63,740 nucleotides of DNA from Lama glama (lineage: Eukaryota), in contig CM052816.1 in assembly GCA_028534125.1 (NCBI GenBank), positions 63,490,001 through 63,553,740 on the forward strand. Direction: 5' to 3'. Both the position numbers and the translations under genes were made by a program. Numbering within the stretch: the first letter of the stretch is position 1; each line of letters starts with the position of its first letter. Positions 14,359-31,090 of this stretch are shown piece after piece. A model generated the notes under the pieces. The model was not told the DNA's origin and made no database searches. It worked only from the letters and a program-made list of their open reading frames with translations.

Positions 14359-15263
14359 TCAAGTGTCCTTTCTTGATTTAATCTAAGTACTCAGGCCTCT
14401 AAAGAGATTTTCATAATAAGGGTTTCACTAAAACTGTAACAGTTTTAATAAACACATATCCTATTCCGAAATTATAAGAGTCCTCTTATATTTCTGAGCC
14501 TTTCATCCAGGTGCTTGAATTGCCTAGAATTGAGGAATGTTAGTGTTTGTTTACAGATAAAGATTTCTTCAACATCAGAGAAGGAATACAACTCAATAGG
14601 GGGAGTGAACCATCGTTCACTTTTTTCTCAGAGGGTATTCATAGTTCTGTAGGAAGTGGGCAGGGGTGAGGACAAGCTGACCACACAGTCTACACAAAGA
14701 TGTCGAAATGTTATCCTTGCTTCCTCATAGGTATCACCCTCTAGAATATTTTTTGTTTAAAAAACAACTAAGGGGAGGATCTTACAGTAAAAGTGCTTTT
14801 AAGAGGTTGAACATACAGTGGGATGGATACCTAAGGAGTTACTGCTACAGGCAGGGATTTAACACCCCTCATCTGCCACTGACAGCTCAGATGATGCACA
14901 ATCTTCCTTTTCTGCAAAGACTGACCAACTCTTCTTCAACAGCTCTGAATACCCTTTAGAAGACTTTTTTCTACTGCTGTGAAACAAACTGGCCTAACAT
15001 GAAGAGGCAGTGAAGGGAAGTTCAACCCCCCTAAAAATGAGCAACTGACAAAAGCAAATAAAGAGGTAAATAAACTAGATCTTTTCACCACAGCTACAAA
15101 GAGAGGTTTGTAGCCACCAGTCATTCTATGCAAAATTTGACATGTCATATGTCCTACAAATACATATACATAAACAAGTGTTTTTTCTAGATTTAATGTG
15201 ATATTCAAAGAATTATGAAAAGTTGTTAATTTCTCTAAAGAAACGTGATGAAAGTTTCTCTTA

Positions 15264-15404
<141 letters not shown>

Positions 15405-16993
15405 TTATATTTTTAAATGTTGTAAAAAGTAGTTTTTCTATGTCATTTACAAAAAATGCCATTTAGAAATTGAGGAAGCTTGGGGTGTTAAACACTACTA
15501 AAATACAGTATGAAAGGCAAAGCTACAATTTCTTTTTATGGGTCAAAAGTATTTAATGTCACACTCAATAAGACAACCCAAACTTTAAGCATATTAGTAA
15601 GGGATAGTTTCCATTTAGCCCAAGGTTTACTGCAGAATTACCCTGAAAAAGCAATCTCTTTTGGAATACTGCAACTTTCTGAAAATATATTTATCGCAGG
15701 CTACAAATACACTGATGTATTTCCTCAGTATTATTTACTTTTCACCTAGAAGAGAGATGTAAACGTAATAATCTTTCGTGATTGTGACTATCAAATTAGT
15801 GTTCTGAAGGTCTCAACTCTTAGTACATCTTAATTTCCGAGCTGCATTTATACAATTTGCTTACCGATTTTTATATAAACTTGGACAATTCACAACTTCA
15901 TCAACAAAAAACCCATCTACATATACAACACGTATTTTGGTCTTACATCAAGTCAAACCTCTATGGCCTTGCTTTCTTTTTTGAACTTCCTTCCCAACTC
16001 CAATGTCTAATGATTTATTTCCTCAAAAAGTGATGTTAGTGAGATAGAAGTTCACTTATAATTGTTTTATAAACTGTCAGTAGGAAACGCAACATTTTTC
16101 AAATAAAGTACGCAATTCTAAATATATGTGTGTATTTTGGTTAAATTAAGTCTATTACACGTAGACATTTGACTCTCTCATCAATAAACTATCATCTCTA
16201 AAAGTTTATATAATCAAGTTGGCCAAAGAACCTTTTATTTTCTGAGAAGAGACATTTTATCAGGACACACAGGCATGATTCTCTCATATTCTCTCTCTTT
16301 CTGATAAACACCTTTACTCTTTTTATCTGCCACTTCCCTGTCAAGACCAAAATGCCTCTGTCTTTCCTTTGCTTCAAGATATTATGCAAGTTCCTATCAC
16401 TTCCATGCACCCCACTCAGAATACCATTTTTGCCTATACAGCTACTTCTGTTCTAACGTACTTGATTACCCTCTAATTTGTCTACCTGTATTACTTTTAT
16501 CTCCAGGAATGTCCTTAACACTATCCCATTTTAAGCTACCTTATTAAAACTTACTATAGCAGTAAGAATATGTATACATGCACCAACACTCAACTAAATG
16601 CTACTAATGCTGAACCATCTCAAGACAGTTCCCTGGGGAAGGAAAAGTTGAAAGAAATTTGTACTCTCTCAAATATGGAGGAGGCTGCAAGAACTCATGA
16701 TGTCACGCTTTAAAGCCTCCAGATTAGTTCTGGTCACCTAGCCAACCTCTCTGAATTAAGGTCCTGCAGAGACCCAACAGCTGCAAAAATACAATGGAAG
16801 AGATCTGCTACAGGGAGTGGCTATCTTATTCTAGTTTTCCATATTTTTGGTAGGCGCTGTATCTAGGAGCAATGCAAGGTTTGCTTTAAGGATTTTAAAA
16901 GCAACTGTGGTTTCCCTCAAATCTTTTGAAGATAGGGGAAAGACTAAGGTCAGGATCTCATTCGTAGTTCTTTATCTTCAATAGTTCAAAAAC

Positions 16994-17175
16994 CAGGTTT
17001 CTCAACTTCAATACTACAACATTTTTGGGAGGAGGAAGGCTGTCCCTATGCATTGCATGATGTGCAGCTACAACGCTAGCAGCAGCACCCCAGCTGTGAC
17101 AACCAAAAATGTCTCCATACATCTCCTGGGGGTGGGAGGAGGGGCCACGCAAGTCACTCCTGGTTGAGAACTGCT
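16994..17175 (-). mobile_element. MER20-like hAT DNA transposon
   Basis: TTTCTCAAC...CCCAGCTGTGACAACCAAAAATGTCTCCA...GGTTGAGAAC. Confidence 0.75.
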
Positions 17176-17329
17176 TTATTATTAGAGAGTAATTTGAAAC
17201 ATTAACAAAAAGTAGTATAAACGTTTGCTACTTTAGAATATTTTGGACTTTGAAGCCTGCTATAAAAACATCAACTTAAGTATACTGTTTCCAAAGAACA
17301 TCTCATTGTAGCCAGCAATAAATTTAGGT

Positions 17330-17555
17330 GATATAAGATTTGGCTTTGGAATAAGACAGACCTAGGTTTCGATCCTGCCTGACTTCAGCACTTACTATTT
17401 GTATGACCTTAGTTAAGTTACTTAATCTTTTAGAAAATCACTTAAAAAAGCAAGGATAATCAGAGTACCTACCACACTGACTTGTAAGGATTATACCACA
17501 TAATAGGTAAAATGCTTAGCAAATACACGTCATACTAGCAACGAATAAGTGCTAC
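17330..17555 (+). mobile_element. MIR SINE
   Basis: GACAGACCTAGGTTTCGATCCTG...TGACCTTAGTTAAGTTACTTAATCT core. Confidence 0.7.
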
Positions 17556-18016
17556 CTTTTATCATTTTGAAAAAATGCTACTTAAGGATTCTTACAGAGA
17601 AAAGAATGACACAAAACTATGTACTTCACTTAATATAAGTGAAATAACTGTGAAAATGTGTATTACTTGTGCTTTTTTATTTCTTTATACCTCTTTGTCC
17701 TTATGCAATGGGCACCTATTATTTTTGAATAATGGGGGAATCAAAATTTTAAATTATGAAATATTACCAAACACTTCAAAAATATAGAAAGCAACCAGAC
17801 TTAACAAATGTCAGTATTTTGCCATGTTTGATTTTTGATATAGTTCATGCATTCTTTTAATATATATGCATGTGTCCACAGTTAATCTTGTTTCTAAGCT
17901 TTCTATATATGATACATTGTATGTACAATTCTTAAATTTATTTTTTCTCTACATTACTTTAAAAAAATCCCCAGATTTTATTATTAGTATAAAATCTGAA
18001 AAAAAATAGTTTAGAT

Positions 18017-18160
18017 CAGGGGTCAGCAAACTTCAGCACATATTTTGGGCTCTGAGCCATAGTCTTTGTCACTTCTATTCTAAATGAGCACGGCCATGTT
18101 TCAATGAAACTTTATTTTTAAATAGATGGGAGGCCGATAGGCTGTAGTTTGCTGAGCCGA
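18017..18160. mobile_element. MER58A-like hAT element
   Basis: CAGGGGTCAGCAAACT ... AGTTTGCTGA terminal inverted repeats. Confidence 0.7.
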
Positions 18161-18216
18161 TTTAGGTAGTTTCCACCTATACTACTATGGATGAAATGAC
18201 TAAGAGTAGATAATTA

Positions 18217-18474
<258 letters not shown>

Positions 18475-19265
18475 TCAATTAACACTAATACTGATGATGT
18501 CAGCTTTCCAGATCAAATCTAACTGAAATCTGTGGAAATACTAAAGGGATGTTTAGCTGTTTAACCTTAGGAATTTACTAAGGTATAAGTTTACAATTAC
18601 TTCAAATGTAATTACTTTACATAACAAATGAGAATCAACAAAGTATATAGATTCAGTATTTCAAAATAAATAAGAGACCATTGTTGCACTTGAATTATAT
18701 GGACAGGAAAATGCTAACAATGGTACCCAGATCAATACATGGATCACTGCCAAAATCAAAGAGTTTAATACACTTTGCAGATCTGGCAGTTATAATGCTC
18801 AATTAAAATAGCTACATATAACATTATATTTCTAATCTATAAAGATTATAAGATGTAAAGTTCTATCATAAAGTTCACCTATTATACTTAAATATACACA
18901 TTTGGGAGAGCGTACATTTTTCTAAGTCAAGAGGATCCTTATGATTTCCTTGCAGACAAGGGAGTTTACAAGAGCATACAGAAGGAAGGTAAGCTTCTCA
19001 TTTTAAATAAGACAGTTTATCTTTCAATGGTAAACATGCAAAGATGACATCATCCTTAAAAATATGAGGGGAAATAGGAAGCCTGAATTGTAAATCAACA
19101 TTTTACAGCAAATAATAAAGTACATAAAAATGAAGATCATGCAGTACAACCACCACCTGCCAAATGAAATGAAAATGAAAAATAAAATGGCTGAGGACAA
19201 AAGAAGTATAAATGAAATATCTGTACATAGCACAATCCAAAAGAAACTATTAAATAAACATCTTA

Positions 19266-19469
<204 letters not shown>

Positions 19470-20074
19470 TCATTTAGTACTCAGTTTAGTTTGTTCAGAA
19501 AAGGATCAACACTGTTGTGACAATGTATTTATAGAGTATTTTAAAAATAATCAATGTGAAGAGGTTTTCAAACTTCTCTGGTCTACTTATTCACTACTCT
19601 ATAGTCTCCTTTTCTCATGATCCTTTCCAGAAGTTTAACTAGACAATCACATAAATTTGAAATGTCCCTTATTTAACTACATGACCACTCAATCTAATTT
19701 CCTTGTGTAGTCAATACCATGAATATTCTGTTTATTAGTATTATTGAGTCTTCAACATTCTTGCCGTCTTTCCAAACAGAACATAAGAGAATTAAGTCCT
19801 AATGACATCCACTGTTTATAATGAATTAACTTCTTTTCTATGCACCTAGAATGGGATTAGCTATGAAGTATCCTTGGAACAAACAGAAAAAAGTTACTCA
19901 AATTTCTGTGTTTGGTGATTCAGGTGAAGAACCTTGGTGAAGAAAAGCCTTTAGCAATGGAATTTAAATACCGTTTGCTAATGTCTCCAGTAGTTATATT
20001 TAACCAAATCACAGTTTTCCTGACCCAATTTTTGTGATTTCCTATGTCCTCTTGGGGGCAATTCCATTTCATAA

Positions 20075-20295
20075 CAGTAGGCAGTATTTATTAAGTACTT
20101 CCTATATGTCAGATATTATGATAAGTAATTTATAGGCATTATATTATTTAATCATTATGACAATCTTGTGATACTGTTATCACCACTTTACAGATGAGAA
20201 ATTGGTTCAGAGCAAAAAAGAATCTCATCCAAGTTCATTCAGTCGGAATGTGGTATAACTGAGGTTCAAACCTAGCATTGAATACAAACCTTAAG
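20075..20295 (-). mobile_element. MIR SINE
   Basis: CACTTTACAGATGAGAAATTGGTTCAGAG core in reverse orientation. Confidence 0.65.
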
Positions 20296-22472
20296 TAATT
20301 AAACACTTCAATAATCTAATCATATTTTGTTTTTCTCATTACTTCTCTTAGGTAATGAACTAAATTGAAATTACTGTTTTTATATGTCAAAAGTAGTCAT
20401 ATAGATCTAACTAATAATTTCTTCCACTTGGAATCTTTCTTTGACCTGTTGGTAATGCCTGCTCTCAAAGGTTCAATACGGGATTCATCTGCCCTTTATC
20501 TTTTACAGTCACTTTGGAAAGCTTACCTACGCACAAGCTGACAAGCCTGAATTTCTAATACTGACTTAACTCTTTTTACTCCCAACCCCATTTCTTATCT
20601 ATTTCTTTCAGAATCTCCTAATTTAGACACCCTATTAGCCCCACAGTTTCCCTCTATTTGAAACCCACTTGCCCAAGATAAACTATACTATATGCAGGAA
20701 TTATATTCCTCAAATGAGCTATCAAGCAAGGTTGAAAATCTTCATTCCTAGAGATATGGAAATAAAAGACATAATTATTTGTCCCAGATGGTTGCAAATG
20801 AATCACATTACATGATAATAAATTACAATGTTTTACTTGGACCTAAAATGAACTAGAAGAATGGCCAGACACAGGATTTTTCACATTAGGGGGATTCCTT
20901 TGCAGCCAGAAGTCTGAAGACCTGGAGGGTTTTAATTCTACAATATGGTAATATTCTACTACACAAAGCTATTCCTCATCTCTCCCATGAATGATTATGA
21001 AATAAAAAGCATTTTAAATTAATGATAAAAATGCCACAATATCAAAAATGTTCATTACAGAAATTGATTAAAAGTACTCTAAAGGTTTGTAGCTAGGATC
21101 TCTAATTCAAAGTTTAAAGGGGATTAAATTTTAAAGTAAAGTTCCATTACATTTTAAAAGGTCATTTAGTATCTTTGTGTGAAAGGTCAACAAGTTTACA
21201 CTTTCAAGTTCAAGTTTACACACAGTTCTTAGTATGATTTTCAAAAGTCTTTTTAGTTGAAGCAGAAGCAAGATATAAAAGAGTAAAGGGTATGATGTCA
21301 TTTATATGAAGTTCAAATACAGCTACCTATATTGTTCAGGGATACATTCATAGGTAGTAAAACTATTTTTAAAGAGAGAAAAAAAAAAAAACGAAAATTT
21401 TCCCACACCAATCAGGACAATGGCTACCTTGGTGTAGAGATGAATGGATTTAGGCATGTTATTCAGGATTCGTGATCAAGAAGGGACATATTGGGAATTT
21501 TCTGGGGGACTGGAAATCTATTTCTCAGTGTGACGATAGGAATTTTCACTTTATAAGCATTTATTAAATTATTCACTTATGTTTTGGGTACTTTTCTGCA
21601 TGCATATGCATTTCCTATTTTAATAAAAGATTAAAAATAAAATTTCTATAATTATTAAAACAAAATATAGTACAAATCCTTGTGTTTATTAGCAAAATTA
21701 AGAGAATCTCTATACTAGAAATGGAATACAAGGAGGATTTTATCTTGAAGTTAAAATCACAAATGCAGTATGTAATAACAAAAATTTAAGACTATATATA
21801 TAGTCATTCAAAACAAGAGCAATGGGGACAAATCTCTGGAACAAATATAAAAATGCCCATCACAACCCCAAATTCCAAGGGCATTTCATAATTATAAGGA
21901 ATAAATTGCTTTGTCTATAATGCTTTTTGTTCTTTCATATGTAATAATCCAATTGTCTACTGAAGTGTGTAACACTATTGCCTAGAGTAATACAATATAA
22001 CCCATGCAGGACACCAGAAAGAACTGTGCTATTACCACTTAAACCCTAGGTTCCCCAGGTGTAACATTTAATATCAGAAATAATTTTCAGCATATAGCAA
22101 GACAATTTAAGAAATATCGACTGGCTCCTGATACTCACTTACTTTAGTGTCTTAATAGAACAGGAAGAATTTGCATGATTTAAATGTAGTCAAATATTAT
22201 GAAATATAACTTGGTTAAATGGAAAAATATAATCCTGTTCCAGGATAGAAATACCAACTCTAATAAAAATGTAACTGGTCTTCCCAGATTATACAACAGA
22301 TTCCCAATTATTTTTAGAACATAACAAAACAATTCTTAGTATCTCAACAAATAACATGCAATTTTTTTTGAAAACTCAACAATGTAATAAAATTTACCCT
22401 ATCAGATATTAAATTAAACCATTTATTGATATACTCCCCTCAAATTTCAAGATAAATAATCATTTCTCGTAC

Positions 22473-22540
22473 CTATTTGCATATCTTAGTGTATTGAGAG
22501 TATTTTCACAGGATGCCATTCCTGGAGAGATTGTGGCAAT
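22473..22540 (-). CDS. KIF2A: KIF2A exon 16 (IATISPGMASCENTLNTLRYANR)
   Basis: catag|ATT...ATAG|gtacga; 68 nt. Confidence 0.96.
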
Positions 22541-22699
22541 CTATGAGGGAAAAATGCAAAAGATACAGAAAATGTTATAAATGATGATGACAGTAATATT
22601 GACATATAGCTCATTAAGGTCTAATGTTGATATGCTTATCTAAAAAAAAAGATTTATTAGTATCTAAACTCCACAATAATTCACTACCTTATACTCATA

Positions 22700-23400
22700 A
22701 TCAGACAGTAATTATAAACTCCAGTTAAAATATAAACAACTCTGACAGCACCAGAAAATGATCAAACATCAGGAAGAAAATGGAGGTCAACACCTAAAAG
22801 AAGGGAGTAACACTGAGTGACTGTCTAACCCCCTCTTCTAGTAACTTTTTTTGCCTAAGGGCAAACCCTGTTGCTATCACATAGAACAACTAAAACTTCC
22901 TTAGTAACCTGGAATTTCACTGGTTAATAAACTAAAGGGCAGAGTTTAGAAGTGAGCACCACAGCAGCTGGGAAGTGAAGTTGGTTCCAGAAAAGAAATC
23001 ACCACAGAGAGAGAAACTCAAATTCTACATATAAACTACCCACATCTCTGGCTGACCTCTGAACTAAAAGTATACAAAGTTGACTTCAAGAAACAAAGCT
23101 AAGTCTAAAAGAGCTAAACAGAGATTTCAATGTCAGGTGCTGCCCACAGCAAGGGAGACAAGTCCAGCTATATTAACTTCTTCCTAAAACAACAACAAAG
23201 AAATCAATAATCTTTAGAAGAACATAACAGAATACAAAGTGTCTGTAAGATATTCATAATGAAAATTATATAATCCCAAATTACTAGACAAAGAAAGAAA
23301 CAGAAAAGTGTGACCAACACTCAAGGAAAACAGTAATCAATGGAAATCAACCTCAAGAAGACACAGATGCTGGAATTAGTAGAATGCATTTACACTGCAA
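22700..23400 (+). mobile_element. Old L1M 5'/ORF1-proximal fragment
   Basis: A-rich degenerate L1-like sequence, e.g. CAGATGCTGGAATTAG; subfamily not assignable. Confidence 0.45.
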
Positions 23401-23525
23401 TATTATTCTATTAGACTGGCAGAAACTACATACTGAGTGTCACTGTATCTCTCACAATAAAAGAATTTAAATGACTGTCATTAATGTATTTTATAATTTT
23501 CCCATAGATACTATATAATAATTCA

Positions 23526-23690
<165 letters not shown>

Positions 23691-23723
23691 TCACAGATTA
23701 GGCTTCTTATAAAGAGTAATCTT

Positions 23724-23931
23724 TTTGTTTGTTTGTTTGAAGTATAGTTGATTTACAATGCTGTATTAGTCCCTGGTATACAGCATAGTGATTCATTTAT
23801 CCATACACACACACACACACATATATATATACATACATATACAAATAAATTATATATATATTCTTTTTCATTATAGGTTATTACAAGCTACTGAATATAG
23901 TTCCCTGTGCTATACAGTAGGACTTTGTTGT
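23724..23931 (-). mobile_element. 5'-truncated L1 3' end with perfect 17-bp TSD and internal (CA)n/(TA)n
   Basis: TSD TTATAAAGAGTAATCTT at 23707-23723 and 23932-23948; GTTCCCTGTGCTATACAGTAGG motif. Confidence 0.85.
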
Positions 23932-24565
23932 TTATAAAGAGTAATCTTAAAGAACATATTTAAAAGATCTCTTACTATAACCCTAACATTTAAGATCTGA
24001 TCAGCCCTTAAAATTCTACTAAGAGGTTGATAGCATAGTAAAGATGTTCCCATAAACCTTAATTCAAGAAAATGAAATTAAAAACAAAAACTAAAACTAA
24101 AACCAAAACCAACAAACTACTTTATTATTCCAAAAGATTGTTCTGGAGATTATGACTAACGTTTAGCAGTGACAGGCAGTAGGATAACTGCAAAAAGGTA
24201 CCACAAAAGAAAAAATACAGGATGCTTTCTTGCAGTGCTGCCAACCTTTGCTTTTCTAGTCAAGGAAGAGATATTATACTGGACTAACTTTTTCCACATT
24301 TTTCACAGAAACTTTCTTAGCTTAGTTTTGTGGTTCCTTGCTCTCCTCAAAGAAAAAAGACTAAAGCCCTCTGGAGTCTCAGAATTGGCCTGCCAACTAG
24401 GAAATCTTTATCCACCCTAAAAAGAGTAATTAATATACATAAAAAATTTTCCTGGGTGCAATATAAATCTGTAACTGCAAATACAAATGACTAAATTTTG
24501 ATCACTTACTAACTACACAAAACAAGTACTACCAGTTTACAGCTGAATAAATAAAATTAGAGTCA

Positions 24566-24820
<255 letters not shown>

Positions 24821-25128
24821 TTAAGGAAATTCTGATAGGTTAAAAAGTTCAACTTGTATGTTCAAACACAGTATTTTCATTTAGAAAACAAATAATTTTA
24901 AAAATCTAGTTTTCATCATTTAAACAGAAAGAGACATTTTGCGTTAACACTTAAACATAACAAAATTCATACAATTTAATCTGGCACACACTGAAAGTTT
25001 TTATGAACAATGATTTTTACCTCTAAGACACAATGAGTAACAAACTTGCTTTGATTTTATGCTATACCCGAAGTATCTAAAACTGATTATGAACTTAAGT
25101 TCCCCTTTCTTAACTAAAATGAGAGTTA

Positions 25129-25302
<174 letters not shown>

Positions 25303-25622
25303 TTAAAAAAAAGGGATTGTTCAATAAAAAAGTCATTTAGAGTCTGAAAATTACTTCAGAGAATTCTAATAATTTAAATAATTATTATTAGGACAATAAT
25401 GCTCAATACTGAAGTTAAAGAGTTTCAAAGGGAATCTTAAAATAAAAAATCTCATACACAAAATTTTAACATACTATTCCAAATACATATAGCAATTATG
25501 TGGAGACAGTGGTTGCACAACTATGTGAATGTACTTAATTTTGCTGAATTTGTACACTTAAAAATGGTTAAAATGATAAATTTCACAGTATGTATCTTTT
25601 AACCACAATTACATATCTTTTA

Positions 25623-25916
<294 letters not shown>

Positions 25917-26238
25917 TTACAAAAAAAAAGTAGTAATAGTTTTTCTACATTTAAGGTTTAGATGTCACTCTCCTTCATATTCAACAAAAGACTACTACTA
26001 CTTTACAAACAGCTTAAAATTATAGACGGTCATAATAAGGTCACTCTCATAATCATACCAAATGGAAATTTCCAACAAATCAGTTATTTGACAACAAACA
26101 CTAAGCTCCCACAATGTGCCAGATTACAATGACACAATTAAGATTCCTGCCCAAAAAACATAGTTCTTAAGCAGTCAGATAACCAAAAACTGACATAATA
26201 CATTTTAAGTATAGCATTATGGTTACCCTTAAATTCTA

Positions 26239-26385
<147 letters not shown>

Positions 26386-26418
26386 CTATATTTTAAAAAG
26401 AAAAAAGAATTTAGGTCA

Positions 26419-26607
<189 letters not shown>

Positions 26608-26672
26608 TTAACATTTAAACAAATAAGAAATAAAAGTAATATCAAGTGTTATTAATAAGCAAATCTTACACC

Positions 26673-26742
26673 AAGATTTTTAACAAATCAGTGGGCTCAA
26701 CTGTGAGGTCACAATTGAGCCCACTGATTTGTTGAAAATTTT
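26673..26742. repeat. Near-perfect inverted repeat: 34-nt arms, 2-nt spacer
   Basis: AAGATTTTTAACAAATCAGTGGGCTCAACTGTGA-GG-TCACAATTGAGCCCACTGATTTGTTGAAAATTTT; 31 of 34 positions are Watson-Crick pairs. Confidence 0.95.
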
Positions 26743-28692
26743 AAATATACCTATCCTAGAATAGCTTAAAGCTCTTTAAAACGTATTTTCAAGCAATAAT
26801 CCAAAAAAACAATGATCACAATAATGGACAGGGAAAAAAACAACTGACAGCAACTGAGCTAAAGACATACATAGGACACAACAGGAAAGTTTTAAAAAAT
26901 GACAAAAGATGATAATATTAGCCAGACAAGAAAGACAGACATATATAATGAAACTCAAAAACAAATAAGCAAACAAACAAAAGAAACCCCACAAACAAAA
27001 ACAACCCAACTCAACAAAGGTATCAAAAGTTTCAACAAGAACAGAATCAAGAGTGGTAATCTCAATAGAGAAAAGTTGAGAGGAAAAAAGAATCCTACAA
27101 ACACTTTATGTAAGACCATCTAAACAAGCAGAAAACAAATACATTGACTCAAATGTGAATAAGTAAACAAATTATGTTTATAAGACACTGAGTTCTAAAT
27201 TGATAGTCTTGATTCAGTAAAAGGATGCCAAAAAATTACATATTGGTATAATCACTGCTAGAGGTAAAACAAAAAGATAAGGAGGGACAAGAAATACTTC
27301 ACTGAGCACAGCCCTAAAAAGTATGATAGAAAACAAATCTACTTCTTAGACAGGCTTCAAAATAATATACGTTGAACACTTTATACAGCTCTGTTGATTG
27401 TTTTTTAAAAAGGCACGATTGGAGTACAGAACAAAAGCAGCAAAAAAAAAGCTCTAGTCAAATAGAACTAGAAATGAGTCTGCAGGCTGATCAGGCCAAA
27501 AAAGGCTTAACCTCTCAATCCATAAAAGTTAAGGATAAGAGAAAGGCGATAGGATAAATATTGATAGAGTTAAGAAGCACAAATACAGGATGAAAATGAA
27601 ACACCAAATGTTTACTAAATCTAGTACACACAGAAACATACCTTCATTTATAATGATTTCTTGAAAATGATTATAAAAGTCAGACATTTTATGAGACAAG
27701 AGTGAAAGGAGAGAAGGTAGTGAGGGGGCAGGAGAGGATTCTATTCTCAGAAAGGTAAAAAATACACAATTTATAATCCTCTTTTAAAATAAATTCTTCA
27801 CAATATTTCTACCTAGCATTCACATGTTCTTTAATCTCGCCCTTTTTCTTTACAACTGTACTCCCAGTTTACTGGCTTAAGACTAACAGAGTTGTCTTAT
27901 TAGTATTTTATTTATAACATCTTTAATTCTTAGCACTCTTAACTCTTTAACTTTGTTTTCCAGTCATATTTACACAAATAGAAGGCCAATGAAACATAGC
28001 ATTCAACTGACAAAAGACAGTTCTATATAGAAGGAAACAGCAATGCTATTAACACTGACCTATTAAATAATTATAAGTAAATGTTCACAAAATATGTATG
28101 AAAATCTAAATTTGGATAAAAATTTGGGGCATCCATGTATAATACATGAAAGTATGAGTTGTTTGGAAGTTGAATAAGGGGACATAGAAGAATTTCATGT
28201 ACTAAAACTATTCCAAAGTTTAAAAAGGTGATAAAATTATACAAATGCAAGCAGATTTACAGAAAATGTTTTCCCTTAAGTTGTCGTACATGCTAAATAA
28301 AGACTTAAGACAAATAAGTGACTAATGTATAACAGATATTTCAAATCTTTTCACTAGTGCAGAGATTAAAAAGTAAAAAATGAAAGTCCTTTACACTTAC
28401 CACATGCCATTTCTAGAGGTACAGAAAATGTGAACATTTTCTAGAAATTTCTTATCCATACAGTGTTAGATAGTATATAAGTTAATCAGCAATGAAAACT
28501 GATTTGGGGAGCATTAACAAGAACAAGTATGAATATTCATTGTAGTGTTTATTACATATTCTTCTTTGTTTAAACTCAAGGCAAAAAAAGAACATTAAAC
28601 CTCTGGAGAGAGGTCAAGATCAATGTAAGATGTGGAGTGGTGATGAACACACAGTGTAAGAACAAAATCCTAATTTAAAACACATTTACCTA

Positions 28693-28920
<228 letters not shown>

Positions 28921-29243
28921 TTATTTTAAGTAGTTAAGAATTTAGATAAAAGTAGTTAAGTCCTGTAAATATAAATATCCCACAAATATGCCATTCAATA
29001 ACAGAATATTTCAACAACACAGGAAAAAAAAAATCAAGATTTCTGTGAAGCCCAAAGGAATGGTAAACATTCACAGAGCAATTAACAAATCAACACACCT
29101 AACCACAGAAATCTGCATAATGGTTAGGTACAACAGAAATGATTTACACTAAACTCTTCTAAACCAATCTGATTTCAGCTATTATTAAAATAAACTACAA
29201 ACAGGACAAAAATCAACCCTTAATTAGAGCTCAATAAGCATAC

Positions 29244-29298
29244 CTTTTTTATTGAGTGGTCGTTTTCTCACACAAACACATATCCTATGTTCATCAAT
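29244..29298 (-). CDS. KIF2A: KIF2A exon 8 (IDEHRICVCVRKRPLNKK)
   Basis: tttag|ATT...AAAG|gtatgc; 55 nt. Confidence 0.96.
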
Positions 29299-29740
29299 CT
29301 AAAAGTAAAATATTTTTTTTCAGTGATTATCAATGGTATATAAAACACTGGAAAGTCAATTATGCAATATTTCCTCCTGAGGTTTTAGAAATTTATGCAA
29401 AGCATAAACAGGATAAGTAAGCTTAAGAAATAAATTACTTTGCACAAAGTTTAATAGTCATCAGACACAATTACTTCAAAAATTCTAAGTATAATTGAAA
29501 CTTGCTTATTTTGCCATTTGGTAAACCATTAAGAAATAACTTCATAGACAGCACTATCATTCTTAGTAGCAATTAGGTTCATGTTAAGAAGGTGTCTTAT
29601 TCAAGTTGTGCTGTATACAACAAAAGTAAAATTTCCCACCAAGTAGCATATTTTCAGTTTGATTATAGGGAAAGTTGTTAGCAAAGTTAACTAGCTATAT
29701 ATAAGAAACATGAATCCCAGAAGATTATTATTTAAAAACA

Positions 29741-29866
29741 TTTTTTTTTGGAAGGGGAGGCAATTAGGTTTGTTTATTTATTTTTTAGAGGAGGTACTGG
29801 GGATTGAACCCAGGACCTTGTGTATGCTAAGCATGTGCTCTACCACTTGACCTATATACCCTTCCC
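29741..29866 (-). mobile_element. Vic-1-like tRNA-derived SINE
   Basis: Reverse complement of the SINE at 48: GGAGGTACTGGGGATTGAACCCAGGACC...CTCTACCACT. Confidence 0.88.
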
Positions 29867-29986
29867 GACAGATTATTAACCAAAATAATTTAAACAGTTT
29901 TATAATATGCCAGTTCTGACATAAATATTTTTTCATACAATTTGTATTCCCAATACTTGCTTTTTGTAATGATATTTAACATAAAG

Positions 29987-30198
29987 CAGGAATTGGCAAA
30001 GGATGGCCTGAAAGCCTAATTCAGCCCACTACCTGCTTTTGTGAAGTTTCACTGAAACAGTCGCACCCATTCATTAATGTATTGTCTATGGCTGCTTTTC
30101 ATGCTGCAAAGGCAGAACTGAGCAGCTGTAACAAAGACCATATGGTTCACAAAGCCAAAAATATCAGGCCCTTTTCTGAAAAAGTTTGCCAATCCCTG
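29987..30198. mobile_element. MER58A-like hAT element
   Basis: TIRs CAGGAATTGGCAAA / TTTGCCAATCCCTG. Confidence 0.8.
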
Positions 30199-30928
30199 CC
30201 CTAAAATATGAACTCAGATATAGTGCATTAAACAAATGGAGGAACAGCAAGGACTAAAATGTATGAGATGCAAATATTAAAAACTGCTCTACCAAATCCT
30301 ATACATCTGCCCAACACAAATGTATTTTGTGTTTGTGTGTGTGTGTGTGCACCCAATACACAATACATTCTGTATATGTTACATCAGATGGATTATTTTT
30401 CACATGTACAAATTACAAAAGTATTTTCTATCCGACAAATACTCATTCTTCAATAGGAAAGAAGTTGTATAATAAGATAGTAGAACATTTTTCAAGCACT
30501 AGATTTCTGGTCTATAGCAGTCCTCAACAACCATTACTTACTGCTAAAAGCCAGAATAACATTTATTTAAAAATAACAAATTAACTAGTAGTAAACTGGA
30601 ATGATACTGGGATCTATAGCCCATGTCAAAGAGGATATAAGCTTGGGATTGAGATAAACGTCTAAGTGATGGTCAGAAAGGAAGCTGCATCTTCTGACAT
30701 CACTCCTTGACTGTTGCTCTGCACCACCAAGGACATGGAGGCTGTGCATTGAAATGGGTGTATTTTGGGGAAGCATATCTAATCTGTCAAGTTATGGGAG
30801 ATAAGTGTAAAGGTGGATCATTTTCTTGATTTTCCTTTGTAAAATATGGAAAATGAACACCCATAAAGAGAGGAAAAATTACAGAGTTAAACACAGTATT
30901 AACTCAGTGGCTATCAAACATATTTTTA

Positions 30929-31090
<162 letters not shown>

